Assembly: GCA_963703225.1 (NCBI GenBank)
Contig: OY969801.1
Location: 2,304,001 to 2,368,000 of the forward strand
Direction of reading: 5' to 3'
Source: Candidatus Eiseniibacteriota bacterium
GTDB lineage: Bacteria; Eisenbacteria; RBG-16-71-46; SZUA-252
Length of the DNA stretch: 64,000 bases
The notes beneath the pieces are model-generated. The model saw only the letters and a list, made by a program, of their open reading frames with translations. It was not told where the DNA came from and searched no databases. Shown here in pieces: positions 19,409-28,246 of the stretch. Position numbers and translations under genes: made by a program. Positions within the stretch are counted from its first letter, which is position 1, and every line of letters begins with the position of its first letter.

Positions 19409-20590
19409 CTAGTTTCGGCTGAGTTCCAATGCGATCCCAAGACCGCCGCTCACACAAAGGGTGGCGAGGCCCAACGCCGCGTCTCGCCGCCCCATTTCGT
19501 GGAGCAGCGTGGTCACGATGCGCGCGCCGGTGGCCCCGATCGGATGTCCCAACGCGATCGCGCCGCCGTTCACGTTGAGCCGGGCTCGGTCGATACGGAG
19601 ATCCCGGTCGCAGGCGAGAACTTGCGCCGCGAACGCCTCGTTCAGCTCGATGAGATCGTAGGCGTCGAGCTTCCGTCCGGTTCGCTCCAGAAGCTCCCGG
19701 GTCGCGGGAACCGGGCCGATTCCCATGATCGAGGGGTCAACCCCCAGGACCACGCTCTCCCCGATCCAGGCCTGCGGCTTGAGCCCCCGCGTTCGCACTT
19801 CCGACTCCGCCACGAGCAGGAGCGACGACGCGCCGTCCGTGATCCCCGAGGAGTTCCCCGCGTGGACCGTGCCGCCCTCCCGGAAGACCGGCGGGAGCTT
19901 CTGGATCTCCTCGAGCGTGGTTTCGGGCCTCGGATGCTCGTCCTGCTCGACCACCCGCGTCTCCCCCTTTCGACCGGGGACCGTGACCGGAACGATCTCC
20001 GCGCGAAAGCGCCCCTCACGGACCGCGAGACCCGCGCGCCGCTGGCTCTCGAGGGCGAACTCATCCTGCTCCGTGCGCGAAATCTTGTATCGGTCGGCCA
20101 GCTTCTCGGCGGTCTCCCCCATCAGAAGCCCGCAGATCGGATCGAGGAAGCCGTCGCGATACATCGCGTCTACGAGCGGCGCGTTTCCCAATCGATAGCC
20201 TGTGCGCGCCCGATCGAGCAGGTAGGGGAGGCGGGTCATGCTTTCGGCGCCGCCCGCGAGCACGACGCGCGCGCGCCCCAGCCGGATCCGCTCCGCCCCG
20301 ATGAGGATCGCCTGGAGCCCGGACCCGCACGCCTGGTTGACCGTGAACGCGGGGCGCTCTTCCGGGATTCCCGTCTTCATGAGCACCTGGCGCGCCATGT
20401 TCGGCCCGCCCCCGGCCTGTCGCGCGTTGCCGTAGATCAGCTCGTCGACGTCGCCCGGCGCCACGCTCACGCGCGAGAGGAGCGCGCGCGAGGCGATCGC
20501 GCCGAGGTCGGCGGCGGTCAGGTCCGCGAACGAGCCGAGGAATTTTCCGATCGGCGTGCGGACCGACGCGACGATAGCCACCCGTTCCAT
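19409..20590 (-). CDS. Acetyl-CoA C-acetyltransferase (thiolase)
   Basis: RTPIGKF, TVNQACGSG, DEHPR, NSSGITDGA, ELNEAFA, GHPIGATG and LCVSGG. Confidence 0.92.
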   Translation of the reverse strand: MERVAIVASVRTPIGKFLGSFADLTAADLGAIASRALLSRVSVAPGDVDELIYGNARQAGGGPNMARQVLMKTGIPEERPAFTVNQACGSGLQAILIGAERIRLGRARVVLAGGAESMTRLPYLLDRARTGYRLGNAPLVDAMYRDGFLDPICGLLMGETAEKLADRYKISRTEQDEFALESQRRAGLAVREGRFRAEIVPVTVPGRKGETRVVEQDEHPRPETTLEEIQKLPPVFREGGTVHAGNSSGITDGASSLLLVAESEVRTRGLKPQAWIGESVVLGVDPSIMGIGPVPATRELLERTGRKLDAYDLIELNEAFAAQVLACDRDLRIDRARLNVNGGAIALGHPIGATGARIVTTLLHEMGRRDAALGLATLCVSGGLGIALELSRN

Positions 20591-20623
20591 GCGGATCAGA
20601 CTCTCCGGACGCGCGGCGCCGGA

Positions 20624-21406
20624 TCAGGCGCCGGTGAAGGTGGGCTTTCGCTTCTCGAGGAAGGCCTTGAGCCCTTCGCGCATATCGGAGGTCGCGGAGA
20701 GGAGGCCGAAGTAGGTCGATTCCATTTCGAGCCCGTGGGCGAGGTCGGTTTCCAGGCCGCGGATCGCGGCGTCCATGGCGCAGCGAACCGCGACCGGCCC
20801 GCGCGAGAGGATATCCGCCGCGATCTTCTCGCAGTGCGGCATGAGGTCGGCGGCCGGAAGGACGCCGTTCACGAGGCCGATTCGAAATGCTTCGGCGGCG
20901 TCGATCATCCGCGCGGTCGAGATCAGCTCGAGCGCGCGCCCCAACCCGACGAGCCGGGGTAGCCGCTGCGTCCCGCCGTAGCCGGGGATGATGCCCAGCC
21001 CCACCTCGGGAAGGCCCATCTTGGCACCCTCGGCGGCGAACCGCATGTGGCAGGCCAGCGCCAGCTCGCACCCGCCGCCGAGCGCGAAGCCGTTGATGGC
21101 CGCGATCACCGGCTTCCCCAGCGATTCGATTTCGGCCAACGCGGCCTGGCCGAGGCGTGACGAGGCTTCTCCCTGGAGCGGGGTCATCACCGCCAGCTCG
21201 TTGATGTCGGCGCCGGCGACGAACGCCTTCTCCCCCGCGCCGGTCAAGATGACGACGCCGACCGTCGGATCGTCGCGAAGCGCGGCGAAAGCCTTGTGGA
21301 GGTTTCGGACGGTCAGCTCGTTGAGCGCGTTCAAGACCTTGGGCCGATCGATCGTGACCCGGGCGATCCGGCTCCGGACTTCGATCTGGAGATTCTCTAG
21401 GCTCAT
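20624..21406 (-). CDS. crt: Enoyl-CoA hydratase (crotonase)
   Basis: RPKVLNAL, AFVAGADI, GFALGGGCEL, GLPEVGLGIIPGYGGTQRL and AFLEKRKP. Start placed at MSLENL. Confidence 0.88.
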   Translation of the reverse strand: MSLENLQIEVRSRIARVTIDRPKVLNALNELTVRNLHKAFAALRDDPTVGVVILTGAGEKAFVAGADINELAVMTPLQGEASSRLGQAALAEIESLGKPVIAAINGFALGGGCELALACHMRFAAEGAKMGLPEVGLGIIPGYGGTQRLPRLVGLGRALELISTARMIDAAEAFRIGLVNGVLPAADLMPHCEKIAADILSRGPVAVRCAMDAAIRGLETDLAHGLEMESTYFGLLSATSDMREGLKAFLEKRKPTFTGA

Positions 21407-21596
21407 GACGGCGCTCTCGGAATTCATTGGGATTTTGAGGGTTGAGTGGGTTTGTGCGGCGCGGGGCCCGGCCCCGCGCGGGAGAACGACAGACCGGGAG
21501 CAAATCATCCGGAGGCGCCGTCTGTCAAAGGTTTTGCGGGGGAGGCCCCCAGGTCGCCGAAACCACTCGGCCAAGAGGCGCGTACTCATCACCGCC

Positions 21597-22661
21597 ATGC
21601 GAGCCCTCTTCCACTGCCGCGCGGCCTGGGTCCTCGGCGGCGCGCTCTCCCTGGTGTCCCCGGCGGGGGCCACCGCGGCGGCCGCGCCCGACCCGACCCC
21701 GGTCGACGTCACGATCGTCACGGATGAGGCCGACGCCTGCCTCGCGATCCTCGCGCGACTCCGGGATCGTAGCGAGGCGCGCCCCGCGGACTGGGATCGC
21801 CTCCACGCGAGCGACGGATACAAGCGGCTCAAGCGCCGGGAAGCCGCCATGGGCCGCGCCTTCAACGACTCGGTCTTCGTCGCGTTTCTCCACGCCGACA
21901 CAACCCTGGCGCGCGCCACCGCCTTGAAGAAAACGGTGGCGGAGTGGAAGGGGGCGAACCTGACCCGGGCGGGTCAACTCGCGCTCTCCTACCTCCCGGC
22001 CGGGGCCCGGATCCGCGCGAAGGTCTACATCCTGATCAAACCCTGGACCAACAGCTTCGTGTTCGAGCTGCAATCCGATCCGGCCATCGTCCTCTACGTC
22101 GACCCCGACGTCACGCGGGCCAAGCTCGAGAACACGGTGGCGCACGAGCTCCACCACATCGGCTACGCCGCGGCCTGCACGGGCGACGAAGACTCCACGC
22201 TCAGCGAGGCCGCCGTGACCTGCCGCACCTGGCTCACCGCGTTCGGTGAGGGCCTCGCCATGCTCGCGGCGGCGGGGGGTCCCGAAATTCATCCCCACGC
22301 GGTGAGCACGCCTGGGGAGCGCGCGCGGTGGGACCGCGACATGGAGCATGTCGCCGCCGACCTCCGGAGCGTCGACGCCTTTCTCGAGGAGATCCTGGAC
22401 GGCCGCCTGTCGGACCCCGATTCCATCCGCGCGCGCGGGATGGAGTTTTTCGGCGTCCAGGGCGCCTGGTACACGGTGGGTTGGAAGATGGCCGTCACGA
22501 TTGAGCAGGTGGAGGGCCGGGCCGCGCTGATCGCCGTCATCTGCGATCCCGTTGAGCTGCTGCGAGCCTACAACCGCGCCGCGACTGACTCCGGATCCCC
22601 CGGCGCGCCGGCCCTCCCGCTCTGGCCCGAGACGCTCTTCCGGCGGCTCGAGCCGGGCTGA
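21597..22661 (+). CDS. Secreted putative zinc-dependent peptidase (DUF5700-like, gluzincin motif)
   Basis: Signal peptide from ATG 21597, VAHELHHIG (HExxH), downstream EGLAM, and QGAWYTVGWKMA. Confidence 0.7.
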   Translation: MRALFHCRAAWVLGGALSLVSPAGATAAAAPDPTPVDVTIVTDEADACLAILARLRDRSEARPADWDRLHASDGYKRLKRREAAMGRAFNDSVFVAFLHADTTLARATALKKTVAEWKGANLTRAGQLALSYLPAGARIRAKVYILIKPWTNSFVFELQSDPAIVLYVDPDVTRAKLENTVAHELHHIGYAAACTGDEDSTLSEAAVTCRTWLTAFGEGLAMLAAAGGPEIHPHAVSTPGERARWDRDMEHVAADLRSVDAFLEEILDGRLSDPDSIRARGMEFFGVQGAWYTVGWKMAVTIEQVEGRAALIAVICDPVELLRAYNRAATDSGSPGAPALPLWPETLFRRLEPG

Positions 22662-22662
22662 C

Positions 22663-24717
22663 CTAGAGGGCGAAGGCCACGCCGACCGTGAACGCCCGTC
22701 CGCTCACCGGAAACCCCTTCACCTCGGAGTAATCCCGGTCCAGCGCGTTCGTGACCCGCACGTTGACGTCGAGCGGCGCCCATCGATGGAGCAGCACGAT
22801 CGCGCCGAGGTCGAGCGCGGCATAGCCGGGGTTGTCGCCGTCGAGGACTTGTCCGTCGACGTCGATGAAGTGGAATGGATCGTGGACTGAATCGACCCAA
22901 CGCCAGGCCCCGGTCAGGGTGAGATCGCGGCGCGGCTTGGCCTGGCCCGCGACGACGAATCGCCACGCCGGCCGCTTGGAGAGCGGCGCCCCCGTGGTCT
23001 CGTTGGTCGCGATCAAGTGCGCCGCGCTGCCGGAAATCTCGACCCTCGGCGTGGGCGCCACGCGAAGCGCGTACTCCTCGCCCTCGATCCTCGCTTCTCC
23101 CACGTTCTCCGGGACGAACGTGAAGTCGGGCTGAAGCACGCCCTCGATCAGATCGGTGTAGTCGGTGTGGTGGTATCCCGCCCGCGCCTCGAGTCGGTCG
23201 CCGAGCCATCGGCCGGAGACGCCCGCCTCCCAGGTTGTCGATCGCTCCGGCCTCAGGTCGGTGGAGCTGTAGCCCGGATAGTAGAGGTCGGTGAGCGAGG
23301 GCGCGGTGAACGCACGTCCGTAGCCGGCGCGGAGCTTCAATCCCGTCCGCGGAATCAGGTAGGCCAGGGCGACCCGCGGAAGGCCATTGGAGCCATATCG
23401 CGAATGATCGTCGACCCGGATCCCGGCGTCGGCCATCAGCTGGCGGCGCCATTCGACGTGGGCCTGCGCGTAGAGGGCGCGCGCGTGGATCCCCTCGTTG
23501 ACGAGCGTGGTGTCGCCGAATCCGCCGTAGTTGTATTGGTCCTGCCGGTCAACATGGTCGCCGCGATATTCGGCGCCGAGGAGCAGATGGAGGCCGTCCC
23601 CATGCGCCCAGCGCGCGCGGACCGACGCCGTGCCGCGGTTGTTTCGCAAGTCGGTGTCCTGAAAGTCGGTGTTTCCGCCGCCGTTGGCCTCGTTCTGGTT
23701 CTGAATCCGGCCGCCGAGGCCAGACACCTCACCCTCCACCTCCGCGGCGTCGCTCAGGGTGTGGGTCCAGAGCGCGCTCCCGACGATCGCGAAGTCCTCC
23801 TCCTCGTTGTTCGGATCGTGGATCTCCTTGGTGGAGCCGAAGGGAGAGAGGGTCGGGTCGGCATAGTCGAAGACAAAGTCGTAGGGCAGCTCCTTCTGAC
23901 CCTGGGTCGCGAGACCGGTCACCCGGAGCTGATCCCGCGGGCCGACGGGAAACTCCGCGTACGCGTTCCCGTTCCAACCTAGATAGGTGTCGCGCGAGCC
24001 CACGCCGTCGGACGCGAGCCGCGTGACCCCGAGGCCGAGCGGCGTGCGGCCCACCGAGCCGCGCCACTGGACGGACTGGCGTAGCGTGACATTTTCCCCG
24101 TATTCCGCGAGGGCGCGGAACCGACCGCGCTCCGGGACCGTCTCCCGCCGCGTATTCCCATCCGAGACGGGCAGGCTCAGGACTTGGATGACGCCGCCGA
24201 CAGCTCCCGAGCCGTAGAGCGAGGAGGCCGGACCGCCGAGGACCTCGACACGCTGAATCCCAGGGTCCATGAGATCGGCAAAGTCGAACGATCCGAGCCA
24301 CGGACCGTTGAGCGGGATCCCGTCAAAGAGCACCAGTGTGTGGCGGGGGTCGGCGCCGCGAAGACGAACATTGGTCAATTTCCCCAGATTTCCGGAGCGC
24401 TGGACGTCGATCGCCGGCACCTCGCGGAGGGCGTCGGAGAGGAGGAACTGTCGCTGCGTGTCCATCCGCCCGCGGCCGAGCACCGTCACGTCGAGCGGCA
24501 CCTTGTCCAAGTGGAGCGGCACCCTCTCGCCCGTCACGACCACCGGATCGAGACGGTATCGTGGCGCTTCCGTGGAATCGGCGGCCGCCGCGCCCGCGGT
24601 CGTGGGGGACTCCACGTCGGCGAGCGATGGCCCAGGCGCGAGGAAAACGAGGAGCGCGGCTGTGGAGAGTCGGAGTGCGGCGGGCAAAGCGGAGCGAACC
24701 AGGTGGCGCGGTCCCAT
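22663..24717 (-). CDS. btuB: TonB-dependent receptor, BtuB-like (cobalamin uptake)
   Basis: Signal peptide, TonB box DPVVVTG, plug LRGA...HTLVLFDG...RVEVLGGPASSLYGSGAVGGVI, LRPERS, and a terminal beta-strand. Preceded by a cobalamin riboswitch. Confidence 0.85.
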   Translation of the reverse strand: MGPRHLVRSALPAALRLSTAALLVFLAPGPSLADVESPTTAGAAAADSTEAPRYRLDPVVVTGERVPLHLDKVPLDVTVLGRGRMDTQRQFLLSDALREVPAIDVQRSGNLGKLTNVRLRGADPRHTLVLFDGIPLNGPWLGSFDFADLMDPGIQRVEVLGGPASSLYGSGAVGGVIQVLSLPVSDGNTRRETVPERGRFRALAEYGENVTLRQSVQWRGSVGRTPLGLGVTRLASDGVGSRDTYLGWNGNAYAEFPVGPRDQLRVTGLATQGQKELPYDFVFDYADPTLSPFGSTKEIHDPNNEEEDFAIVGSALWTHTLSDAAEVEGEVSGLGGRIQNQNEANGGGNTDFQDTDLRNNRGTASVRARWAHGDGLHLLLGAEYRGDHVDRQDQYNYGGFGDTTLVNEGIHARALYAQAHVEWRRQLMADAGIRVDDHSRYGSNGLPRVALAYLIPRTGLKLRAGYGRAFTAPSLTDLYYPGYSSTDLRPERSTTWEAGVSGRWLGDRLEARAGYHHTDYTDLIEGVLQPDFTFVPENVGEARIEGEEYALRVAPTPRVEISGSAAHLIATNETTGAPLSKRPAWRFVVAGQAKPRRDLTLTGAWRWVDSVHDPFHFIDVDGQVLDGDNPGYAALDLGAIVLLHRWAPLDVNVRVTNALDRDYSEVKGFPVSGRAFTVGVAFAL

Positions 24718-24749
24718 ATTCCTCCCTCTCGAGGGATGGGGTCAATCGG

Positions 24750-24912
24750 GAGCGCGGGCCGGTCTCCTGACTCGCGGATCATCCTCGAGCGGCGCCTTCC
24801 CGGGTTTTTCCCAGTGGCATGATGCCGCTCTCGTCACCGCTCACAGTGGCGGGGCCGTGTCGGAATTGCACCGACTTCCCGGGCCTCTTTGAAGAGGCCC
24901 TTCCCACGCTCG
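24750..24912 (-). ncRNA. Cobalamin (AdoCbl) riboswitch
   Basis: Minus strand GGGAAGTCGGTGCAATTCCGACACGGCCCCGCCACTGT ... GCCACTGGGAAAAACCCGGGAAGG ... AGTCAGGAGACCGGCC (B12 box). P1 pairing GAGCGTGGG/CCCGCGCTC. Confidence 0.95.
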
Positions 24913-24942
24913 CCGCGGGGGATTCCCCCCGCGACGGTCGAA

Positions 24943-24970
24943 ATGATAGCCGAGTGCGCGCCGAATGCAA
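24943..24970 (-). promoter_or_regulatory. Putative sigma70 promoter of riboswitch-btuB
   Basis: Minus strand TTGCAT-N16-TATCAT immediately upstream of the riboswitch. Confidence 0.5.
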
Positions 24971-24979
24971 GCCGCGCGG

Positions 24980-25564
24980 CTAGAACTTAACTTTGGGCGC
25001 CTCCTTCGCGGCTTCGGGGGCCTCGAAGAGCGGTGCGGAGCCGAAGTTGAAGCTCGACGCCACCAGATTCGCGGGGAATTGGCGGACGCGGACGTTGTAC
25101 GTCCGCACCGCATCGTTGTAACGCATCCGCTCCGTCGCGATCCGGTTTTCGGTGCCGGCCAATTCATCCTGGAGCCGCATGAAATTCTCGCTCGACTTGA
25201 GCTCGGGATAATTTTCCACGATGACGAGAAGCCGCGAGAGCGCGCCCGATAGCTCGTTGTTCGCATTGATCTTGTCCGGGACGGTCTGCGCGGTCCCGAT
25301 TCTGGCCCGCGCGTTCGCGATCTCGGTGAAGATCGTGGTCTCCTGCTTCGCGTACCCCCTGACCGTTTCGACGTAGTTGGGGATCAGATCGTTCCGGCGC
25401 TGAAGCTGATTCTCCACCTGGGCCCAAGCGGTCTTGTTCTGCTCCTGGAGCGAGACGAGGTCGTTGTAGGTCGTGCGGACGTAGCCCGCGACGATGAGCG
25501 CGAGGACGACGAGCGCGCCCAGGATCAAGAGCACGACGGTGAGCGGGTTGACCTTTGAGGCCAT
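24980..25564 (-). CDS. lemA: LemA family protein
   Basis: N-terminal TM segment, WAQVENQLQRRNDLIPN, ENYPELKSSENF..LQDELAGTENRI, YND and FP. AAGGAGG RBS. Confidence 0.95.
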   Translation of the reverse strand: MASKVNPLTVVLLILGALVVLALIVAGYVRTTYNDLVSLQEQNKTAWAQVENQLQRRNDLIPNYVETVRGYAKQETTIFTEIANARARIGTAQTVPDKINANNELSGALSRLLVIVENYPELKSSENFMRLQDELAGTENRIATERMRYNDAVRTYNVRVRQFPANLVASSFNFGSAPLFEAPEAAKEAPKVKF

Positions 25565-25577
25565 CGAAGTACCTCCT

Positions 25578-26324
25578 TTATGGATTGTGGGGTGTGGCGT
25601 CGAGCCGCTCGGCCGCCTCGATCAGGCTCGCCAAGAGGGTCTGGGCCGATTCGAGAATTCGAGCCACCGGAACCGGCTCGCGGGAGGGCGAGGTTCGCTC
25701 GAAGAGACGGAGCAGCACGGCGGGATCGACCCCGAATCGCGCGGCGGAGCGCTCCGCGATCCCACGGCGGGTCGCCGGGATCGCTTCTCCCGCGAGGTAA
25801 AGGAGCCCGGACGCCGACGCGGCGAGCGCGGTCCCAGCACGCGCGGCCCAGTGCCGGGCCCCGGAGGGCGTGCTCGCGAGAGCGAGGTAGGTCCAGGCGA
25901 GCCCCAGGTCCTGACCGCGGAGCACCCGTTCCACTTCCCGGCGAAGCGCGCCCCGGTCGATCTCGAGACCTTGGAAGCAATCCTCCCCGTGGAGCGTCTC
26001 GTGGCGTTCCCGGATCAGGAGATACTCGAGCGGGAATACATCAAGCGAGCGTTGAAGGCCCTCTCGGGTCAAGAGGAGCGGACGCGTCACGCGCTCGCGC
26101 TGCCATTGACGGTGGACTCGCCGGAGCGCGTCGAGCTCCTTGACCCCCATCGCCGAGAATACAAACGCGACGTTCACGTCCGAGTGCGCGGGAAGGAACT
26201 CTCCCCCGGCCGCGCTCCCGTAGAGCGTCGCGCCGATGAGCCGGTCGCCAACCGCTTGGATCGCTGCCGAAACCGCTCTCCGGCCGGCCGCATTCGGATC
26301 AAACCGCCGATGCCACACGCTCAA
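25578..26324 (-). CDS. Nucleotidyltransferase-fold (Pol-beta/MNT-like) protein of TPM-LemA operons
   Basis: LYGSAAGGEF...SDVNVAFV (GS plus D-x-N variant) and LDVFPLEY...LHGED. Confidence 0.65.
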   Translation of the reverse strand: MSVWHRRFDPNAAGRRAVSAAIQAVGDRLIGATLYGSAAGGEFLPAHSDVNVAFVFSAMGVKELDALRRVHRQWQRERVTRPLLLTREGLQRSLDVFPLEYLLIRERHETLHGEDCFQGLEIDRGALRREVERVLRGQDLGLAWTYLALASTPSGARHWAARAGTALAASASGLLYLAGEAIPATRRGIAERSAARFGVDPAVLLRLFERTSPSREPVPVARILESAQTLLASLIEAAERLDATPHNP

Positions 26325-26351
26325 CGTCGACCTCCCGATTCCATCGCGTGC

Positions 26352-27194
26352 CTAGAATCCCCCGCTCGCGCCACCACCCCCGCTGCTCCCGCCGCCAAAG
26401 CCGCCAAAACCCCCTCCGCCCCCACCGCCTCCGCCTCCGCCAAACCCGCCGAGGCCCCCGAGACCACCGCCAAAGCCGCCCCAGGGGTCAAACCAACCGC
26501 GCCGCCGCCCGCTCCCCCACCGGCCCACGCCCCCGTGGCCTTGGATCTGGCGCTCCCGCGCGATCCTCGCGGCGATGAGAACCGGAATCATGACGGCGAA
26601 GAGGAGGAGGAGAAGGGTCCCCATGCCTGAGGGCTCGTCGCCGGAATCGGCGTCCGGCGCGATCCCTCGCTCGAGCGTGACGCCCCGATCTTTCGCGATG
26701 ACGCCCGCCACCGCCTCGGCGCCTCGCAGGAGGCCGGGGCCAAAGCGGTCGGCGTGAAGGTCCGGCCCCATGATCCGCCGGATGATCGCGCCGCATTTCC
26801 CGTCCGGCAGAATTCCCTCGAGGCCATACCCCACCTCGATCCGGACGCGCCGCTCGGCCAGGCCGAGCAGGATGAGAACGCCGTCGTCCTTCCCTTTCTG
26901 GCCGATTCCCCACTGCTTGTAGAGCTCGACCGCGACCGGATCGATCGTCTCGCCGCCGAGATCCTTCACCGTGACCACGGCGAGCTCGGCGCCCGTCTTT
27001 TGCCTGAGCTCCAGGCCGAGGGCTTCGATCGAGTCGGCCGACGCGGGATCGACGATGCCCGCGAAATCGCTCAGGTACCCTTTCGGGGCGGGCCACTCGC
27101 GCGCCCCGGACGGCGGCGGCCATGCCAGGGCCGCGGCCAAGAGAAGCGCCGCGAGGATGCTAGTTCGAGCGATAGTTCGTGAACTGGAGATCAA
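26352..27194 (-). CDS. TPM domain (DUF477/YgcG-like) membrane protein
   Basis: Signal peptide, DFAGI, ELAVVTV, WGIGQKGKDDGVLIL, RIEVGYGLEGILPD, a TM segment, and Gly-rich tail GGGSSGGGGASGGF. TTG start overlaps the yajQ end; exact start is uncertain. Confidence 0.88.
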   Translation of the reverse strand: MISSSRTIARTSILAALLLAAALAWPPPSGAREWPAPKGYLSDFAGIVDPASADSIEALGLELRQKTGAELAVVTVKDLGGETIDPVAVELYKQWGIGQKGKDDGVLILLGLAERRVRIEVGYGLEGILPDGKCGAIIRRIMGPDLHADRFGPGLLRGAEAVAGVIAKDRGVTLERGIAPDADSGDEPSGMGTLLLLLFAVMIPVLIAARIARERQIQGHGGVGRWGSGRRRGWFDPWGGFGGGLGGLGGFGGGGGGGGGGGFGGFGGGSSGGGGASGGF

Positions 27195-27657
27195 GGCCGA
27201 AGTCCTGACCCTTCACGCGCTGGATGATCGCCTGGAGGTCGTCGCGGTTCTTCCCCGACACGCGCACCTGCGCCTCCTGGATCTGGGCCTGGACCCGAAT
27301 TCCGGTCGTCTTGATAAACTTGACGATCTCCTTGGCCTTTTCGGTGGGGATGCCCTTTCGGATCGTGACCACCTGGCGCACCGACCCCTTGGCTGCGGGC
27401 TCGATCTTCCCGTACTCCAGGGACCGAAGCGAGACGCCGCGCTTGGCGAATTTGCCGGTCAGGATGTCGATCACCGCCTTGAGCCGCGATTCGTCGTCGG
27501 AGCGGAGCGTCAACGTCTCCTTTTCGAGCGTGATGTCGCTCACGCTCCCTTTGAAGTCGAACCGCTGCCGGATCTCCTTCATCGCCTGCTGCACGGCGTT
27601 CGACACCTCCATGAAATCGACGTCCGAGACGATGTCGAACGAATTTTCAGCCGCCAT
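27160..27657 (-). CDS. yajQ: YajQ family nucleotide/c-di-GMP-binding protein
   Basis: SFDIVS, EI.QRFDFKGS, GI..E.AKEIVK.IK, RVSGKNRDDLQ and LQFTNYR. Confidence 0.95.
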   Translation of the reverse strand: MAAENSFDIVSDVDFMEVSNAVQQAMKEIRQRFDFKGSVSDITLEKETLTLRSDDESRLKAVIDILTGKFAKRGVSLRSLEYGKIEPAAKGSVRQVVTIRKGIPTEKAKEIVKFIKTTGIRVQAQIQEAQVRVSGKNRDDLQAIIQRVKGQDFGLDLQFTNYRSN

Positions 27658-27701
27658 CCTGCCATCCCCTCCATCCGCGCGCACGCGTCCCGTGAATAAG
27701 G

Positions 27702-27739
27702 AAGGGGAAGCCAAGCGCGCTGCGCGCTCGCTTCCCCTC
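27702..27739 (-). terminator. Putative intrinsic terminator downstream of the small lipoprotein gene
   Basis: Inverted repeat GGGGAAGC...GCTTCCCC enclosing GCGCGC-T-GCGCGC, followed on the minus strand by TTCCTTATT. Confidence 0.5.
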
Positions 27740-27832
27740 CGAATCTGCACGCTACTCTATGCGAACTGCCTCAATCCCGATGGACTCGAAGTAGCGATGG
27801 CCACGGTACTGCCGGGCCTAAGCGGTCGAATC

Positions 27833-28015
27833 TTAGTGGCCGCCCATGGCCGTCGAATCGGTCGTGGTCGCCGTTCCAGCCGTCGTATCGGGAGTCGTCG
27901 ACTGCTCCATGCCGGTGCCTTCCGTCGCGGGCTGCTCCTTCTTAGCGCAGCCGATGGCGAGGACGAGCGCGAGCGCGAACACGAACACCAGCGTAACGGT
28001 GAGAAGCTTCTTCAT
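27833..28015 (-). CDS. Small Thr-rich lipoprotein (60 aa)
   Basis: MKK, a hydrophobic stretch, and lipobox LAIG-C. Very strong SD (GGAGGTGATAGGAGA). Confidence 0.8.
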   Translation of the reverse strand: MKKLLTVTLVFVFALALVLAIGCAKKEQPATEGTGMEQSTTPDTTAGTATTTDSTAMGGH

Positions 28016-28204
28016 TCTCCTATCACCTCCCTTCGATAGTGATGAAGTCGAGAACGCCTGCGTGTCTCGCGGTCCCCGTTACCCAATAAAGCAAAACACC
28101 ACTGGGGGCAGCGGTGCCGGGGCGATCTGAAGCCGGATATGTAGTGAAGAGGAGTCGATCATGTCCGTCCGCCGCCGGGACCCCCAACGGCAAGAACCGG
28201 CGGC

Positions 28205-28233
28205 ACACTACGGACTCTCTCCAATCCTGTCAA
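28205..28233 (-). promoter_or_regulatory. Putative sigma70 promoter of the small lipoprotein gene
   Basis: Minus strand TTGACA-N17-TAGTGT. Confidence 0.6.
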
Positions 28234-28246
28234 TAGGGATTTGCCC

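Noticed and set aside
25578..26324. Nucleotidyltransferase as a CBASS cyclase or MNT-HEPN toxin-antitoxin
   Set aside because: The acidic motif is degenerate, no effector or HEPN RxxxxH partner is evident, and the context is TPM-LemA.
26352..26490. Gly-codon low-complexity repeat
   Set aside because: This is the ordinary Gly-rich tail of TPM/YgcG proteins.
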